From Actinomycetota bacterium (GTDB taxonomy: Bacteria > Actinomycetota > UBA4738 > CALAEC01): DNA of 64,000 nt. The notes below the pieces were generated by a model. It worked only from the letters and a program-made list of their open reading frames with translations. It had not been told where the DNA came from and ran no database searches. The position numbers and the translations under genes are program-made. Positions 23,234 to 32,476 of the stretch are shown piece after piece. The number at the start of each line of letters is the position of its first letter. Positions within the stretch are counted from its first letter, which is position 1. The stretch is taken from the NCBI GenBank assembly GCA_050692985.1, contig JBOGVZ010000061.1:81966-145965 (forward strand), read 5' to 3'.

Positions 23234-23998
23234 TCAGCGGGGAGAACTTGAGCCCGGTGGGCGCTTTTCCTCCGCCGTCCCCGCCAGGTATCGGGGCGCC
23301 GTGGGGCACAGGTCCTGGAGGGGGCACCGCTCGCACAGGGGCCGACCGGCCCGGCACAGCGTCCGCCCGTGGCGGATCAGGGCGACGTGCATCTCCACCC
23401 GGAGCGGCGGCGGGACGATCTCGGCCAGGACGTCGTGGGCCCGGGGGGCGGGCATGCCCGGAGGGAGGAACCCCAGGCGGGTGGCCACGCGGTGGACGTG
23501 GGTGTCCACCGGCAGCGCGGGGCGGCGGAGGGAGAACGCCAGCACGCAGGCAGCCGTCTTCGGCCCCACCCCTGGCAGGGACAGGAGGTACTCGGTGACC
23601 CGCTCGTCGGTGGCGGTGTGCATCCACGACAGGTCGAAGCCGCCCTCCCGGTCCCTGATGTCGCGGAGCACGGCCAGGAGGCGTGGGGCCTTGGTGTTGG
23701 CAAGCCCGCCCGGCCGGATGGCCTCGGTCAGGTCCGTCACAGGGGCCTCGGCCAGCGCTTCCCAGGTGGGGTAGCGGCGACGCATGGCCGCATAGGCCCG
23801 GTCGCGGTTCACGTCGCTGGTGTTCTGCGACAGGATCGTGACGATCAGCTCCTCGAGCGGGTCGAGCCGCCGAGGGGCCCCGAGGGGGCCGTGGCGCCTC
23901 CGGAGCCGGCGGTGGACCTCCCGGACGGTGGCGGCATCGGGGGCCACCCTCGGCCTCTCGCGGGTCCGCTCACGCGCGCCGCGTCGCCCGGGAGACAC
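23234..23998 (-). CDS. nth: HhH-GPD base-excision DNA glycosylase (endonuclease III-like) with a C-terminal 4Fe-4S cluster loop
   Basis: [12 protein letters not shown]...helix-hairpin-helix [13 protein letters not shown]...D...CxxxxxxCxxCxxxxxC ([17 protein letters not shown]). Confidence 0.82.
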   Translation of the reverse strand: MSPGRRGARERTRERPRVAPDAATVREVHRRLRRRHGPLGAPRRLDPLEELIVTILSQNTSDVNRDRAYAAMRRRYPTWEALAEAPVTDLTEAIRPGGLANTKAPRLLAVLRDIRDREGGFDLSWMHTATDERVTEYLLSLPGVGPKTAACVLAFSLRRPALPVDTHVHRVATRLGFLPPGMPAPRAHDVLAEIVPPPLRVEMHVALIRHGRTLCRAGRPLCERCPLQDLCPTAPRYLAGTAEEKRPPGSSSPR

Positions 23999-24005
23999 GG
24001 CTCCG

Positions 24006-24296
24006 CTACTTCTCGTGCTCCAGGAGGTACTCGATGTACACGGGCCGCAGCGCCTCGGCCACGTCGTTCTCGCCCTCCTCGGTGAGCTCGTGGACCCGCC
24101 CCGACAGGCTCAGGACGTCCTCCTGGGCGTGCTCGACGTGCCCGGCCGCGGCCTCCGCCGCGGGCTCGTACTCCAGCAGGTTCCAGAAGAACCGCACGTC
24201 GACCCGCCGGCGGGCCAGCGAGACGGCCCGGTCGTGCAGGTCCCTGGTGGACAGGCCATCCAGCTCCTCGAACGTCGCCATGGCGTCGGTCGGCAT
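24006..24296 (-). CDS. Small acidic hypothetical protein (about 96 aa)
   Basis: C-terminal part of ORF 24006..24896 beginning MPTDAMATFEELDGL; sits between dnaB and nth on the same strand. Confidence 0.35.
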   Translation of the reverse strand: MPTDAMATFEELDGLSTRDLHDRAVSLARRRVDVRFFWNLLEYEPAAEAAAGHVEHAQEDVLSLSGRVHELTEEGENDVAEALRPVYIEYLLEHEK

Positions 24297-24316
24297 CCTA
24301 CGCCATGGCCCGGCCG

Positions 24317-25669
24317 TCAGGGCTTGGCGTAGTCCAGGAACTGCGTCAGGTCGGACCGGAACGTGAGGGTGATCTTGCCCTGGGGGCCGTTGCGATGTTT
24401 GGCCACGATGATCTCGGCGATCCCCTTGACCTCCGGGGCGTCCGAGTAGACCTCGTCCCGGTGGATGAACATGACCACGTCCGAGTCCTGCTCGAGCGCT
24501 CCGGATTCCCTCAGATCGGCCAGTTGGGGCCGCTTGTCGGTGCGGCGCTCGGGGTCGCGGTTGAGCTGGGACACGGCGATCACCGGGACGGCGAGCTCCT
24601 TGGCCAGGAGCTTCAGCGAGCGGGAGATCTCGGCGACCTCCTGCTGGCGGCTCTCCACCCGCTGATGGCTGGTCATCAGCTGGAGGTAGTCCACGATGAT
24701 CAGCCCCAGCCCTCCCGGCCGGGCCGCCAGCTTCCGGGCCTTGGAGCGGATATCGAGGATCGTCACGTTCCCGGAGTCCACGATGTAGAGCGGCGCCCGG
24801 TCCAGCGTGGCGGCCCCCTCGACGATCCTGCCCCAGTCCTCCGCGGCCACCATGTTCTTCCGGACCCGGTCCTGGGGGACCCTGGCCTCCGAGCACAGCA
24901 CCCGCATGCCGATCTCCATCCGGGACATCTCCAAGGAGAACATGGCCACGGAGGCGCCCTGCACGGCGATGTTCCTGGCCACGTTGGTCACGAACGAGGA
25001 CTTCCCGATCCCGGGCCGGGCGGCCACGATCACCAGGTTTCCCTTCTGGAGGCCCTGGAGGAGCTCGTCGAGGTCGCGGAAGCCGGTGGCCAGGCCCACC
25101 AGGCCGGTTCGCTCGTGGAGGCGCTCGAGGTCCTCCATGCTCTCGTGGACCAGCGTGGACAGCGGCACGATCTCGTCCTTCTCGTGCCGCCGGGATACGG
25201 CGTACACGATGCCCTCCGCCTGGTCGGCGAATCCGATGGGGTCCTCGGGGATGTCGTAGGCGCCCTGGATGATCTCCGACCCGGCGCCGATCAGGCGCCG
25301 CAGCAGGGCATGGTCCGACACGATCCGGGCGTAGTGCGCCGCGCTGGCCGGCGTCCCCACGGTCTCCACCAGGTGGTGGACGTACAGGGGGCCGCCCGCC
25401 CCGTCCAGCGTCCCCCGCCGCCGCAGCTCCTCCACCGAGGTGATGGCGTCCACCGGCTCCCCCCGGGCGTACAGGTTCGTGAGGGCGTCGAAGATGGCCC
25501 TGTGCCCGCTCCGGTAGAAGTCGTCGGCCCGGAGTCCCTGGTCGGTCACGGCGGCGATGGCCTCGCCGGACAGCATCATCGACCCGAGGACGGACTCCTC
25601 CGCCTCCATGTTGTGTGGCGGAACCCGTTCGGCCCGCGCTGGTCGGATCGATTCAGCCGGTTGCGCCAT
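24317..25669 (-). CDS. dnaB: Replicative DNA helicase DnaB (no intein)
   Basis: 450 aa with N-terminal domain, Walker A GIGKSSF, and IIVDYLQLM. Confidence 0.95.
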   Translation of the reverse strand: MAQPAESIRPARAERVPPHNMEAEESVLGSMMLSGEAIAAVTDQGLRADDFYRSGHRAIFDALTNLYARGEPVDAITSVEELRRRGTLDGAGGPLYVHHLVETVGTPASAAHYARIVSDHALLRRLIGAGSEIIQGAYDIPEDPIGFADQAEGIVYAVSRRHEKDEIVPLSTLVHESMEDLERLHERTGLVGLATGFRDLDELLQGLQKGNLVIVAARPGIGKSSFVTNVARNIAVQGASVAMFSLEMSRMEIGMRVLCSEARVPQDRVRKNMVAAEDWGRIVEGAATLDRAPLYIVDSGNVTILDIRSKARKLAARPGGLGLIIVDYLQLMTSHQRVESRQQEVAEISRSLKLLAKELAVPVIAVSQLNRDPERRTDKRPQLADLRESGALEQDSDVVMFIHRDEVYSDAPEVKGIAEIIVAKHRNGPQGKITLTFRSDLTQFLDYAKP

Positions 25670-25898
25670 CCCGCCCTTTCCCGAGAGACGACGAGCGGAA
25701 GGCTAGGGAATGCCGGCTGTGCGTATCAAGAAGGACGAGCTGTGGAAGCCCGTTGGACAACCGGCGAACCGGGCCCTGACGTGCGGGTTTGCCCACCGGA
25801 TCTTGACGACCTTTCTCCGTGGCGAACATGTGTTCGCCAAGGATAGAGGCGGCCGGTGACACGCCGGATGAACGGGTTGACCTGCGGTTTTGCCCCGT

Positions 25899-26345
25899 TC
25901 AGCCGGCCACGACGTCGACGGTCACCGAAGCGTCCACCTCGGGGTGGAGGTGAACCTTGACCTCGTGGGCTCCGGTGCTGCGGATCGGCTGCTCCAGGTG
26001 GATCTGCCTGCGGTCGATCTCCGCCCCCAGGGATCGGGTCACCTCGTCGGCGATGTCCTGGGCGGTGACGGAGCCGAACAGCCGCCCGTCCTCCCCGGCC
26101 CGGGACGTCAGGCGGATCGGTGCCTTGGACAGCCGACCGGCCGTGGCCTCCGCTTCGGCCTTGGCCCGGCGAAGGCGCTCCTCGTGGCCGGACTTCAGCC
26201 GCTCGGCATGGCGGATCGCTCCCTTGGTCGCCGGCGCGGCCAGTCCCCGGGGGATCAGGTAGTTGCGGGCATAGCCGTCCGCGACCTGGACGATCTCACC
26301 GGGCCCCCCCAGGTTCTCGACCTCCTTCTGGAGGATGATCTTCAT
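25899..26345 (-). CDS. rplI: 50S ribosomal protein L9
   Basis: [34 protein letters not shown]...; the ATG overlaps the rpsR stop. Coordinates are +/-1. Confidence 0.9.
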   Translation of the reverse strand: MKIILQKEVENLGGPGEIVQVADGYARNYLIPRGLAAPATKGAIRHAERLKSGHEERLRRAKAEAEATAGRLSKAPIRLTSRAGEDGRLFGSVTAQDIADEVTRSLGAEIDRRQIHLEQPIRSTGAHEVKVHLHPEVDASVTVDVVAG

Positions 26346-26609
26346 CGCGTCGAGTACGGCAGGAGCGCCATCTCGCGGGCGTTCTTGACCGCGGCGGCCA
26401 CGTCCCGCTGGTGCTGGGAGCAGGTCCCGGTCACCCGGCGGGCCCGGATCTTCCCGCGGTCGGACACGAACCGGCGCAGCAGGGCCGTGTCCTTGTAGTC
26501 CACGAAGTCCACCCGATCCCGACAGAAGATGCAGACCTTCTTGCGCTGCTTCTTCTGCCAGGCGTCGTCGGTCTTCTCTCGCCGCTCTCGCTTCCGCTTG
26601 CGTGCCAGG
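26343..26609 (-). CDS. rpsR: 30S ribosomal protein S18, apparent CTG start codon
   Basis: Frame gives (L)[87 protein letters not shown]. It is absent from the ORF track because no ATG/GTG/TTG lies between the upstream stop TAG and the conserved N-terminus. GGGAGGAA sits 7 nt before CTG. Coordinates are +/-1. Confidence 0.8.
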
Positions 26610-26620
26610 TCCGTTCCTCC

Positions 26621-27073
26621 CTACTCGACCGGAGGGTCCTCCGCCGGGGCCTCGCCGCCCGCACCCACCCGCACGTTGTCGTTCCAGTCGCCGCTCGACC
26701 GCTGGGTCTTCTCCACCTTGGCCGTGGCCCACCTCAGGCTGGGGCCGAGCTCATCGGCCTCGATCTCCACCGCCGAGCGGGTCTCACCTTCCTGGGTCTC
26801 CCACGACCGCGAGCGCAGGCGGCCGACCACGACCACCCGGCTGCCCCGGGTCAGGGACTCCGCCGCGTTCTCTCCCAGCGACCGCCAGGCGTTCACACGG
26901 AAGAACGAGGTCTCCCCGTCCTTCCACTCGCCCGACTGGTCCTTGTAGCGGCGGTTCACCGCCACGCGGAAGTTGGCCACGGCCGCCCCGTTCGGGGTGT
27001 ACCGCAGCTCGGGGTCGTCCGTGAGGTTGCCCACGATCACGACCTGGTTCTCACCTGCCATCCCGATCACCAC
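26621..27073 (-). CDS. ssb: Single-stranded DNA-binding protein
   Basis: OB-fold sequence with an acidic C-terminal tail ...DPPVE; GTG start. Confidence 0.9.
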   Translation of the reverse strand: MVIGMAGENQVVIVGNLTDDPELRYTPNGAAVANFRVAVNRRYKDQSGEWKDGETSFFRVNAWRSLGENAAESLTRGSRVVVVGRLRSRSWETQEGETRSAVEIEADELGPSLRWATAKVEKTQRSSGDWNDNVRVGAGGEAPAEDPPVE

Positions 27074-27129
27074 CTCGCCGAGCCTCGTCCACCGGCGGTT
27101 CGGCCCCGCCGGGGAGGGGAAGTCCTTCC

Positions 27130-27417
27130 CTACGCAGCCAGACGCACCACCTTGAACCGCACGACCTCGTCGGCCAGGGAGAGGACCCGGTCGAGCTCAG
27201 CCAGCGCGGGCGAGTCGCCCGTGAACTGGACCACCAGGTAGAACCCCTCGGTCTTGCGGTCGATCTCGAAGGCGAGCTTCCTCCGGCCCCACCGATCGAC
27301 GGACCCGATCTCGCCCCCGTGCTCCGACAGGATCTTCGTGATCCGATCGACCACCGAGCCGACCTGAGCCTCGTCGGCCTCGGCGTCGAGGATGACCATG
27401 ATCTCGTACCGCCTCAG
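27130..27417 (-). CDS. rpsF: 30S ribosomal protein S6, apparent CTG start (27417); alternative ATG at 27400
   Basis: Conserved S6 N-terminus (L)RRYEIMVILD requires a CTG start. GGAGGAGG sits 6 nt upstream of CTG. An ATG start would remove the conserved RxYE. Confidence 0.82.
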   Translation of the reverse strand: MRRYEIMVILDAEADEAQVGSVVDRITKILSEHGGEIGSVDRWGRRKLAFEIDRKTEGFYLVVQFTGDSPALAELDRVLSLADEVVRFKVVRLAA

Positions 27418-27648
27418 ATGCCACCTCCTCCGGTCTCTGCGGCCCCCATGGGGAGCAGGAGTGGTCGCCGGCCAGTGTAGCACCGGGCCTCTCCCGCCAA
27501 CCCGCGAGGCTACCAGGGGGGTGTGACAAGGAATTCGGCGCGGAGGCCTCGCCGGGGGCAGGCCCGGTCATTCCGCCCCGCCTCCATGCTCACCCTATCT
27601 ACGCAGCACCGGGCCCCGACGTTTACCCGGCGGCTGATCCCGCCCCGG

Positions 27649-28740
27649 TCACTCCTGCGCCTCCAGGAGCCAGGTGGCGAACCGCCATACCCCCAAGAGA
27701 TCGCCGGCCGCGGCCCGCCACCCGCCCGGGGCCCGGAAGTCCACGTGTCTGAAGCCTCCCACCGTGACCAGCCGGGTGTCCGGGAGGGCCCGGGTGAGCC
27801 GGACGGCCTCTCCATAGGGGACCGCGGGATCCTCCGTGGAATGCATGGCCACGATCGGGGTGTCGATGGCCTCCGCCACCGAGGAGGGGGAGAAGCGGGC
27901 CAGCAGCGACCGCGCCTCGGGGGCCAGCTGCTCGGCCAGGCCGACGACCCGGGCGGGGTCGCGGTTGCGCAGCAGCTCGTACAGGGCCCGGGTGTGGCGG
28001 TCCAGGTCGCTCGGGGGGGCGTCCCCCTTCAGCACCGCCTGGAGGGCCTCGGCGGACCCCTCGCCCGCCAGCTCGACCGCGTTGCGTTCCAGGATCTCGT
28101 CGGCCACCGGGGCGGCCCGCCACGGGTAGGAGCGGCCCTCGACCAATGAGATCCCCGTGGTGACGGCCTGGATCACGCCGATCAGGTCGAAGTACGCCCC
28201 GAACACGGCCACCTGCTCGAGCCGGCCTCGCAGCCGGGGGTCCGCCGCCGCCACCAGGGCGAACGACCCGCCGTAGGAGATCCCCAGCACCGCGACGCGG
28301 CCCCGGGCGCCCGGGTCGGCCTCCAGCGCCAGCGCCGCCCGGACGATGCGGTCGAGGTCCTCCTCCACGAACCGGCGCTGGGAGAGCTCCAGGTCGGGGA
28401 CGAACACCAGCCGGCCGGCCCGGGCCAGCGAGGTGGCCAGCCGGATGGCCCGGGGGTCGTCCTTCCCCAGCAGGGCCGCCCCCGGAAGCAGCAGGACGGG
28501 AGGGGCCGGGCGGGCCGGGGCGAACCGGTACCCGGTGACCCCGTCGAGTGCCGCCTCGGTCCGGGTCACGCCGGGGGCGAACGGGCGAGGGACGGAGCCG
28601 CCCAGGGCCTCCATCACGAGCGGCACACCCTTGACCCGGGCCCGAACCGAGGGGACCACCGCGGCCACGCTCACCGCCAGGACCGCGAGCTCGGCCCCCA
28701 GCAGCAGCCACACCCACGGCCGGACCCGGCGAGAGACCAC
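27649..28740 (-). CDS. Alpha/beta-hydrolase fold protein with N-terminal membrane anchor
   Basis: 363 aa with a GISYGG nucleophile elbow and an N-terminal TM helix. Confidence 0.72.
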   Translation of the reverse strand: MVSRRVRPWVWLLLGAELAVLAVSVAAVVPSVRARVKGVPLVMEALGGSVPRPFAPGVTRTEAALDGVTGYRFAPARPAPPVLLLPGAALLGKDDPRAIRLATSLARAGRLVFVPDLELSQRRFVEEDLDRIVRAALALEADPGARGRVAVLGISYGGSFALVAAADPRLRGRLEQVAVFGAYFDLIGVIQAVTTGISLVEGRSYPWRAAPVADEILERNAVELAGEGSAEALQAVLKGDAPPSDLDRHTRALYELLRNRDPARVVGLAEQLAPEARSLLARFSPSSVAEAIDTPIVAMHSTEDPAVPYGEAVRLTRALPDTRLVTVGGFRHVDFRAPGGWRAAAGDLLGVWRFATWLLEAQE

Positions 28741-28765
28741 ACTTCGGGGAGGTTACCCCGGTGAC

Positions 28766-29554
28766 CTAGGAGTACGAGTGGGCCTCGTCGGGGAACGTGC
28801 CGGCCTCCACGTCGCCGGCGAAGGCTCGGACGGCCCGGGTGATCTCCTCCCGGAGGTTCGCGTACGGCTTGACGAACTTGGGGTACGTCCCGCCGCCCAG
28901 CCCCAGCAGATCGGTGATCACCAGGACCTGCCCGTCGCACTGGGGGCCGGCGCCGATCCCGATCGTCGGCACGCTCACGGCCTCGGTGACCCGCGCGGCC
29001 ACGTCCGAGGGGACCCCCTCCAGGACCAGCGAGAACACCCCGGACTTCTCCAGCCCGTGGGCGTCCTCCAGCAGCCGCTCGGCGGCCTCGTCGGTGCGGG
29101 CCTGGACCCGGTAGCCGCCCATGGCGTGCACCGATTGCGGGGTCAGACCCAGGTGGCCCATCACCGGGATGCCCCGGGCCACCAGGGCCCCGGCCAGCTC
29201 GAACAGGGGCCCTTCCAGCTTGACCGCGTGCATGCCGCCCTCCTTGAGGAAGAGGCCCGCGTTGCGGATGGCCTCCTCGGTGGAGACCTGGTACGACAGG
29301 AACGGCATGTCCCCCACCAGGAGCGCGTCGCGGGCGCCCCTGGCCACCGCCCGGCAGTGATGGAGCATCTCCTCCATCGTCACCGGCAACGTGCTCTCGT
29401 AGCCGAGGACGTTGTTGGCCACCGAGTCCCCCACCAGGAGCACCGGGATCCCGGCCTGGTCGAGGATCTGGGCGGTCGGGAAGTCGTAGGCGGTCAGCAT
29501 GGCGAATCGCCGGCCTTCGGACTTCCACGCCGCCAGGTCGCGGATCGTGGTCAC
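28766..29554 (-). CDS. panB: 3-methyl-2-oxobutanoate hydroxymethyltransferase
   Basis: TAYDFPTAQILDQAGIPVLLVGDSVANNVLGY...HLGLTPQSV...; GTG start at 29554 with AAAGGAGG upstream. Confidence 0.9.
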   Translation of the reverse strand: MTTIRDLAAWKSEGRRFAMLTAYDFPTAQILDQAGIPVLLVGDSVANNVLGYESTLPVTMEEMLHHCRAVARGARDALLVGDMPFLSYQVSTEEAIRNAGLFLKEGGMHAVKLEGPLFELAGALVARGIPVMGHLGLTPQSVHAMGGYRVQARTDEAAERLLEDAHGLEKSGVFSLVLEGVPSDVAARVTEAVSVPTIGIGAGPQCDGQVLVITDLLGLGGGTYPKFVKPYANLREEITRAVRAFAGDVEAGTFPDEAHSYS

Positions 29555-29628
29555 GGCTCGCGCCTCCTTTCCGGCTCGGGGGGCCCGGGCGGGCCCTCCG
29601 GAGTGCACGGCTCGAAACGGATTCTACG

Positions 29629-30216
29629 TCAGGTCGTGGGGAACTCGAGGACCAGCCGGTCGGCCCGGGCCTCGACCACGAAGCAGGCCCGGCGGGACAG
29701 TCCGATCCCCCAGGAGATCGTGGCCTCGAAGTCGCCGAGCTGCTCCACCTCCCGGATCGTGGTCAGGCCGGGCTTCAGCTCGGTGGGGCCGGTGTAGATC
29801 TGCACCGGCTCCTCACCCGACAGGTCCACGCCGAAGGCAGAGAACACCACGAGGACGAAGGCCTTGCCCTCGAGGTTCGCCGGAACGCCTTCGGCGTCGG
29901 TGTTGAGGCCGCCGACGAACCGCACGAAGTGCGACGGGGGACGGGTCACCGAGGGGTCCCGGGGCCGGAAGCGGAACGTGACCCGTTCGACCCCGCCCTT
30001 CGACTCCACGGCCACCGATTCGAAGTCCGGGACGTTCGAGGCGCTCCCGCCCCCGCGACCCCCGCACTTGGCCTCCGGGAGGGCGGGCGGCGGCTCGGCC
30101 GGGGCGTCCGGGCTCGAGGTCGGCTGCGGGCCGGGGCCCCCGGTCTGCGCGGGCTCCCGGCCGCAGGCCGCCGCCACGAGCCCCACGGCAACGACGAGGA
30201 TGGCCGCCCGGCGCAT
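29629..30216 (-). CDS. Putative lipoprotein (signal peptide with a lipobox-like AAAC), hypothetical
   Basis: MRRAAILVVAVGLVAAACG followed by a Pro/Ser-rich linker and a ~130-aa domain. Confidence 0.5.
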   Translation of the reverse strand: MRRAAILVVAVGLVAAACGREPAQTGGPGPQPTSSPDAPAEPPPALPEAKCGGRGGGSASNVPDFESVAVESKGGVERVTFRFRPRDPSVTRPPSHFVRFVGGLNTDAEGVPANLEGKAFVLVVFSAFGVDLSGEEPVQIYTGPTELKPGLTTIREVEQLGDFEATISWGIGLSRRACFVVEARADRLVLEFPTT

Positions 30217-30302
30217 CGGCTCGAGTCTATCGCGGAGCTCGCTCGGCTTCCCTGACCGGCGGTCACCGGCGTATCCTGGGCGGACCGAGCCCGGGAGGAG
30301 CC

Positions 30303-31805
30303 ATGCGCGAGTACCAGCTCTTCGTAGATGGCGAGTTCACCGACGCAGCGGCGAGCGGGACCTTCGAGAGCCACGACCCCTCCACCGGCGAGGTGGTGGC
30401 CCGGGTGGCCCTCGGGGAGGCCGAGGACATGGCCCGGGCCATCGGAGCCGCGCGGCGGGCGTTCGACGAGGGCCCGTGGCCGCGGATGCGGCCCGAGGAA
30501 CGCACGAAGATCATGCTCGACGTCTTCGCCCGCCTCCAGGACGCCGCCGGGGAGATTGGCGACGTGGAGACGCGCGACGCCGGCCAGACGATCCGGGCCG
30601 CCTCGCTGTTCCTGGTCCCCTACTCGAACGAGTTCTGGCGGTACCTGGCCGAGGAGGCCTCCCGGATCCCGTACGTGGAGCAGGTCCCCCGCTACGACTT
30701 CCCCGTGCCGGCGTGGGAATGGGTGGAGCGGACCCCGTTCGGCGTGTGCGCGGCGATCATCCCGTGGAACGTGCCCTACATGATGGCCATCTGGAAGATC
30801 GCCCCGGCCATCGCCACCGGGAACACCGTGGTCCTCAAGCCCGCCATGGAGACGCCGGCCACGGCCATGGAGCTGGCCACGATCATCGCCGGGTCCGACA
30901 TCCCGCCGGGCGTGGTCAACATCGTGCCCGGCCACGGCCCCACCGCCGGCGAGGCCCTGGTCACCGACCCGCGCGTGGACAAGGTCGCCTTCACCGGCTC
31001 CACGGAGGTGGGGCGGCGGATCATGCAGCTGGCCTCGTCGACGGTGAAGTACTCGACGCTCGAGCTGGGCGGGAAGAGCCCGAACATCATCCTCGACGAC
31101 GCGGACCTGGACACCGCCATCCCCGGGGCCCTGTGGGCCATGTACCTCCACCAGGGCCAGATCTGCCAGGCCGGGAGCCGGCTGCTGGTCCCCGCCTCCC
31201 TGTACGACGAGGTCGTGGCCCGGGCCGTGGAGCTGGTCGAGGGCATGAGGACCGGTCCGGCCGGCGACTACGAGTCCGACCTCGGGCCTCTGATGAACGA
31301 GACGCAGCTCCGGACCGTGGAGCGGTACGTGGAGCTGGGCGTCCGGGAGGGGGCCAAGCTGCTGACCGGCGGCGAGCGCATCACCGGGGGCGTGCACGAC
31401 AGGGGGTTCTTCTTCCAGCCCACGATCTTCGGCGACGTGGAGGGCTCCATGAAGATCGCCCAGGAGGAGATCTTCGGGCCGGTGCTCACGGTCCTCCGCT
31501 ACGACGGGGTGGACGACGCGGTGCGGATCGCCAACGACTCGATCTACGGGCTGGCCGCGGGGGTATGGTCGCGCGACATCCCCCGGGCCCTGGAGGTGGC
31601 CCGCCGCATCGACGCCGGGACGGTGTGGGTGAACGACTACCACCTGATCACCCCGGCGGCGCCGTTCGGCGGGTTCAAGCAGTCAGGGGTCGGCCGGGAG
31701 CACGGCCGGTGGGGGCTCCAGAACTACCTCCAGGTCAAGACGGTCCACGTGAGCCAGGCGCCCACGAAGGACCAGAAGTTCTGGTTCCAGGTCCTGGGCC
31801 TATAG
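30303..31805 (+). CDS. NAD(P)-dependent aldehyde dehydrogenase
   Basis: 500 aa with LELGGKSP, catalytic Cys (QGQICQAGSRLLV) and catalytic Glu (EEIFGPVL) motifs. Confidence 0.9.
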   Translation: MREYQLFVDGEFTDAAASGTFESHDPSTGEVVARVALGEAEDMARAIGAARRAFDEGPWPRMRPEERTKIMLDVFARLQDAAGEIGDVETRDAGQTIRAASLFLVPYSNEFWRYLAEEASRIPYVEQVPRYDFPVPAWEWVERTPFGVCAAIIPWNVPYMMAIWKIAPAIATGNTVVLKPAMETPATAMELATIIAGSDIPPGVVNIVPGHGPTAGEALVTDPRVDKVAFTGSTEVGRRIMQLASSTVKYSTLELGGKSPNIILDDADLDTAIPGALWAMYLHQGQICQAGSRLLVPASLYDEVVARAVELVEGMRTGPAGDYESDLGPLMNETQLRTVERYVELGVREGAKLLTGGERITGGVHDRGFFFQPTIFGDVEGSMKIAQEEIFGPVLTVLRYDGVDDAVRIANDSIYGLAAGVWSRDIPRALEVARRIDAGTVWVNDYHLITPAAPFGGFKQSGVGREHGRWGLQNYLQVKTVHVSQAPTKDQKFWFQVLGL

Positions 31806-31808
31806 CGG

Positions 31809-31961
31809 TCAGACCCGGCTGCGGTACCCCCGGTAGCCGGTGAACAGGCCGACCAGGAACAGGATCCCGGCGATGATCAACAGCCACTTCAGGCCTTCGA
31901 CCAACAACCCGAAGCCACCGAAGACCAGCGCGAGCACCAACAGGAGAACGACCAGTCCCAT
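31809..31961 (-). CDS. Unannotated small hydrophobic ORF (50 aa, 2 TM)
   Basis: MGLVVLLLVLALVFGGFGLLVEGLKWLLIIAGILFLVGLFTGYRGYRSRV; ATG start. Too short for the ORF track. Confidence 0.3.
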   Translation of the reverse strand: MGLVVLLLVLALVFGGFGLLVEGLKWLLIIAGILFLVGLFTGYRGYRSRV

Positions 31962-32149
31962 CGGATCTCCCTTCACCCGGTTGCGGCCGTTGTGTACCCG
32001 AGGAGCCCGCCGCAGAAACGCGAGCTCGATGGATGGACTCTGTGATCTCCCGCGGTTGGTCCGCCTCCTCGACCTCCCTCGCGTCCGAGAGGTACCTCCT
32101 CGGGGCTGGAGGAAACGCGCAGCCCCACTGAGATGGGTAGCCTGGGGGC

Positions 32150-32473
32150 GTGAGGGTCAAGGTCACGCCTCGGGCCGAGGCCATGGTCCGGAAGGTCGCG
32201 GACTCCGGCCGGCAGGACCTGGTGATGGTCCTGGGGACGGGGTGCTGCGACTCCACGGCCCCGTTCCTGTACGACCGCTACTACCCGGGCCCCGACGCCG
32301 TGGAGGTGGGCCGCGTCGGCGATGTTCCGGTGTTCGCCCACCGGTGGCTGGCCGACCTCTACCGCGACTCCGACGGGCTCGAGGTCGACGTGGACCAGGG
32401 CGTGGTGTCCGACTCCTTCTCCCTCGAGTCGGAGCACGACTGCCGGTTCACCCTCCGGGTGGCCCGGACCTGA
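32150..32473 (+). CDS. DUF779-domain protein
   Basis: 107 aa (VMVLGTGCCDSTAPFLYDRYY...FSLESEHDCRFTLR); this family is typically adjacent to ALDH genes. Confidence 0.65.
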   Translation: MRVKVTPRAEAMVRKVADSGRQDLVMVLGTGCCDSTAPFLYDRYYPGPDAVEVGRVGDVPVFAHRWLADLYRDSDGLEVDVDQGVVSDSFSLESEHDCRFTLRVART

Positions 32474-32476
32474 CGG

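Noticed and set aside
24317-25669. Intein in dnaB (common in actinobacterial DnaB)
   Set aside because: The ORF is 450 aa, a normal DnaB length with contiguous helicase motifs and no insertion.
26281-26350. Possible extra C in rplI (the display reads GATGATCCTTCAT where the ORF-track translation MKIIL implies GATGATCTTCAT)
   Set aside because: It could be my mis-reading of the 10-nt blocks. The ORF track shows rplI intact, so it is not called as a frameshift.
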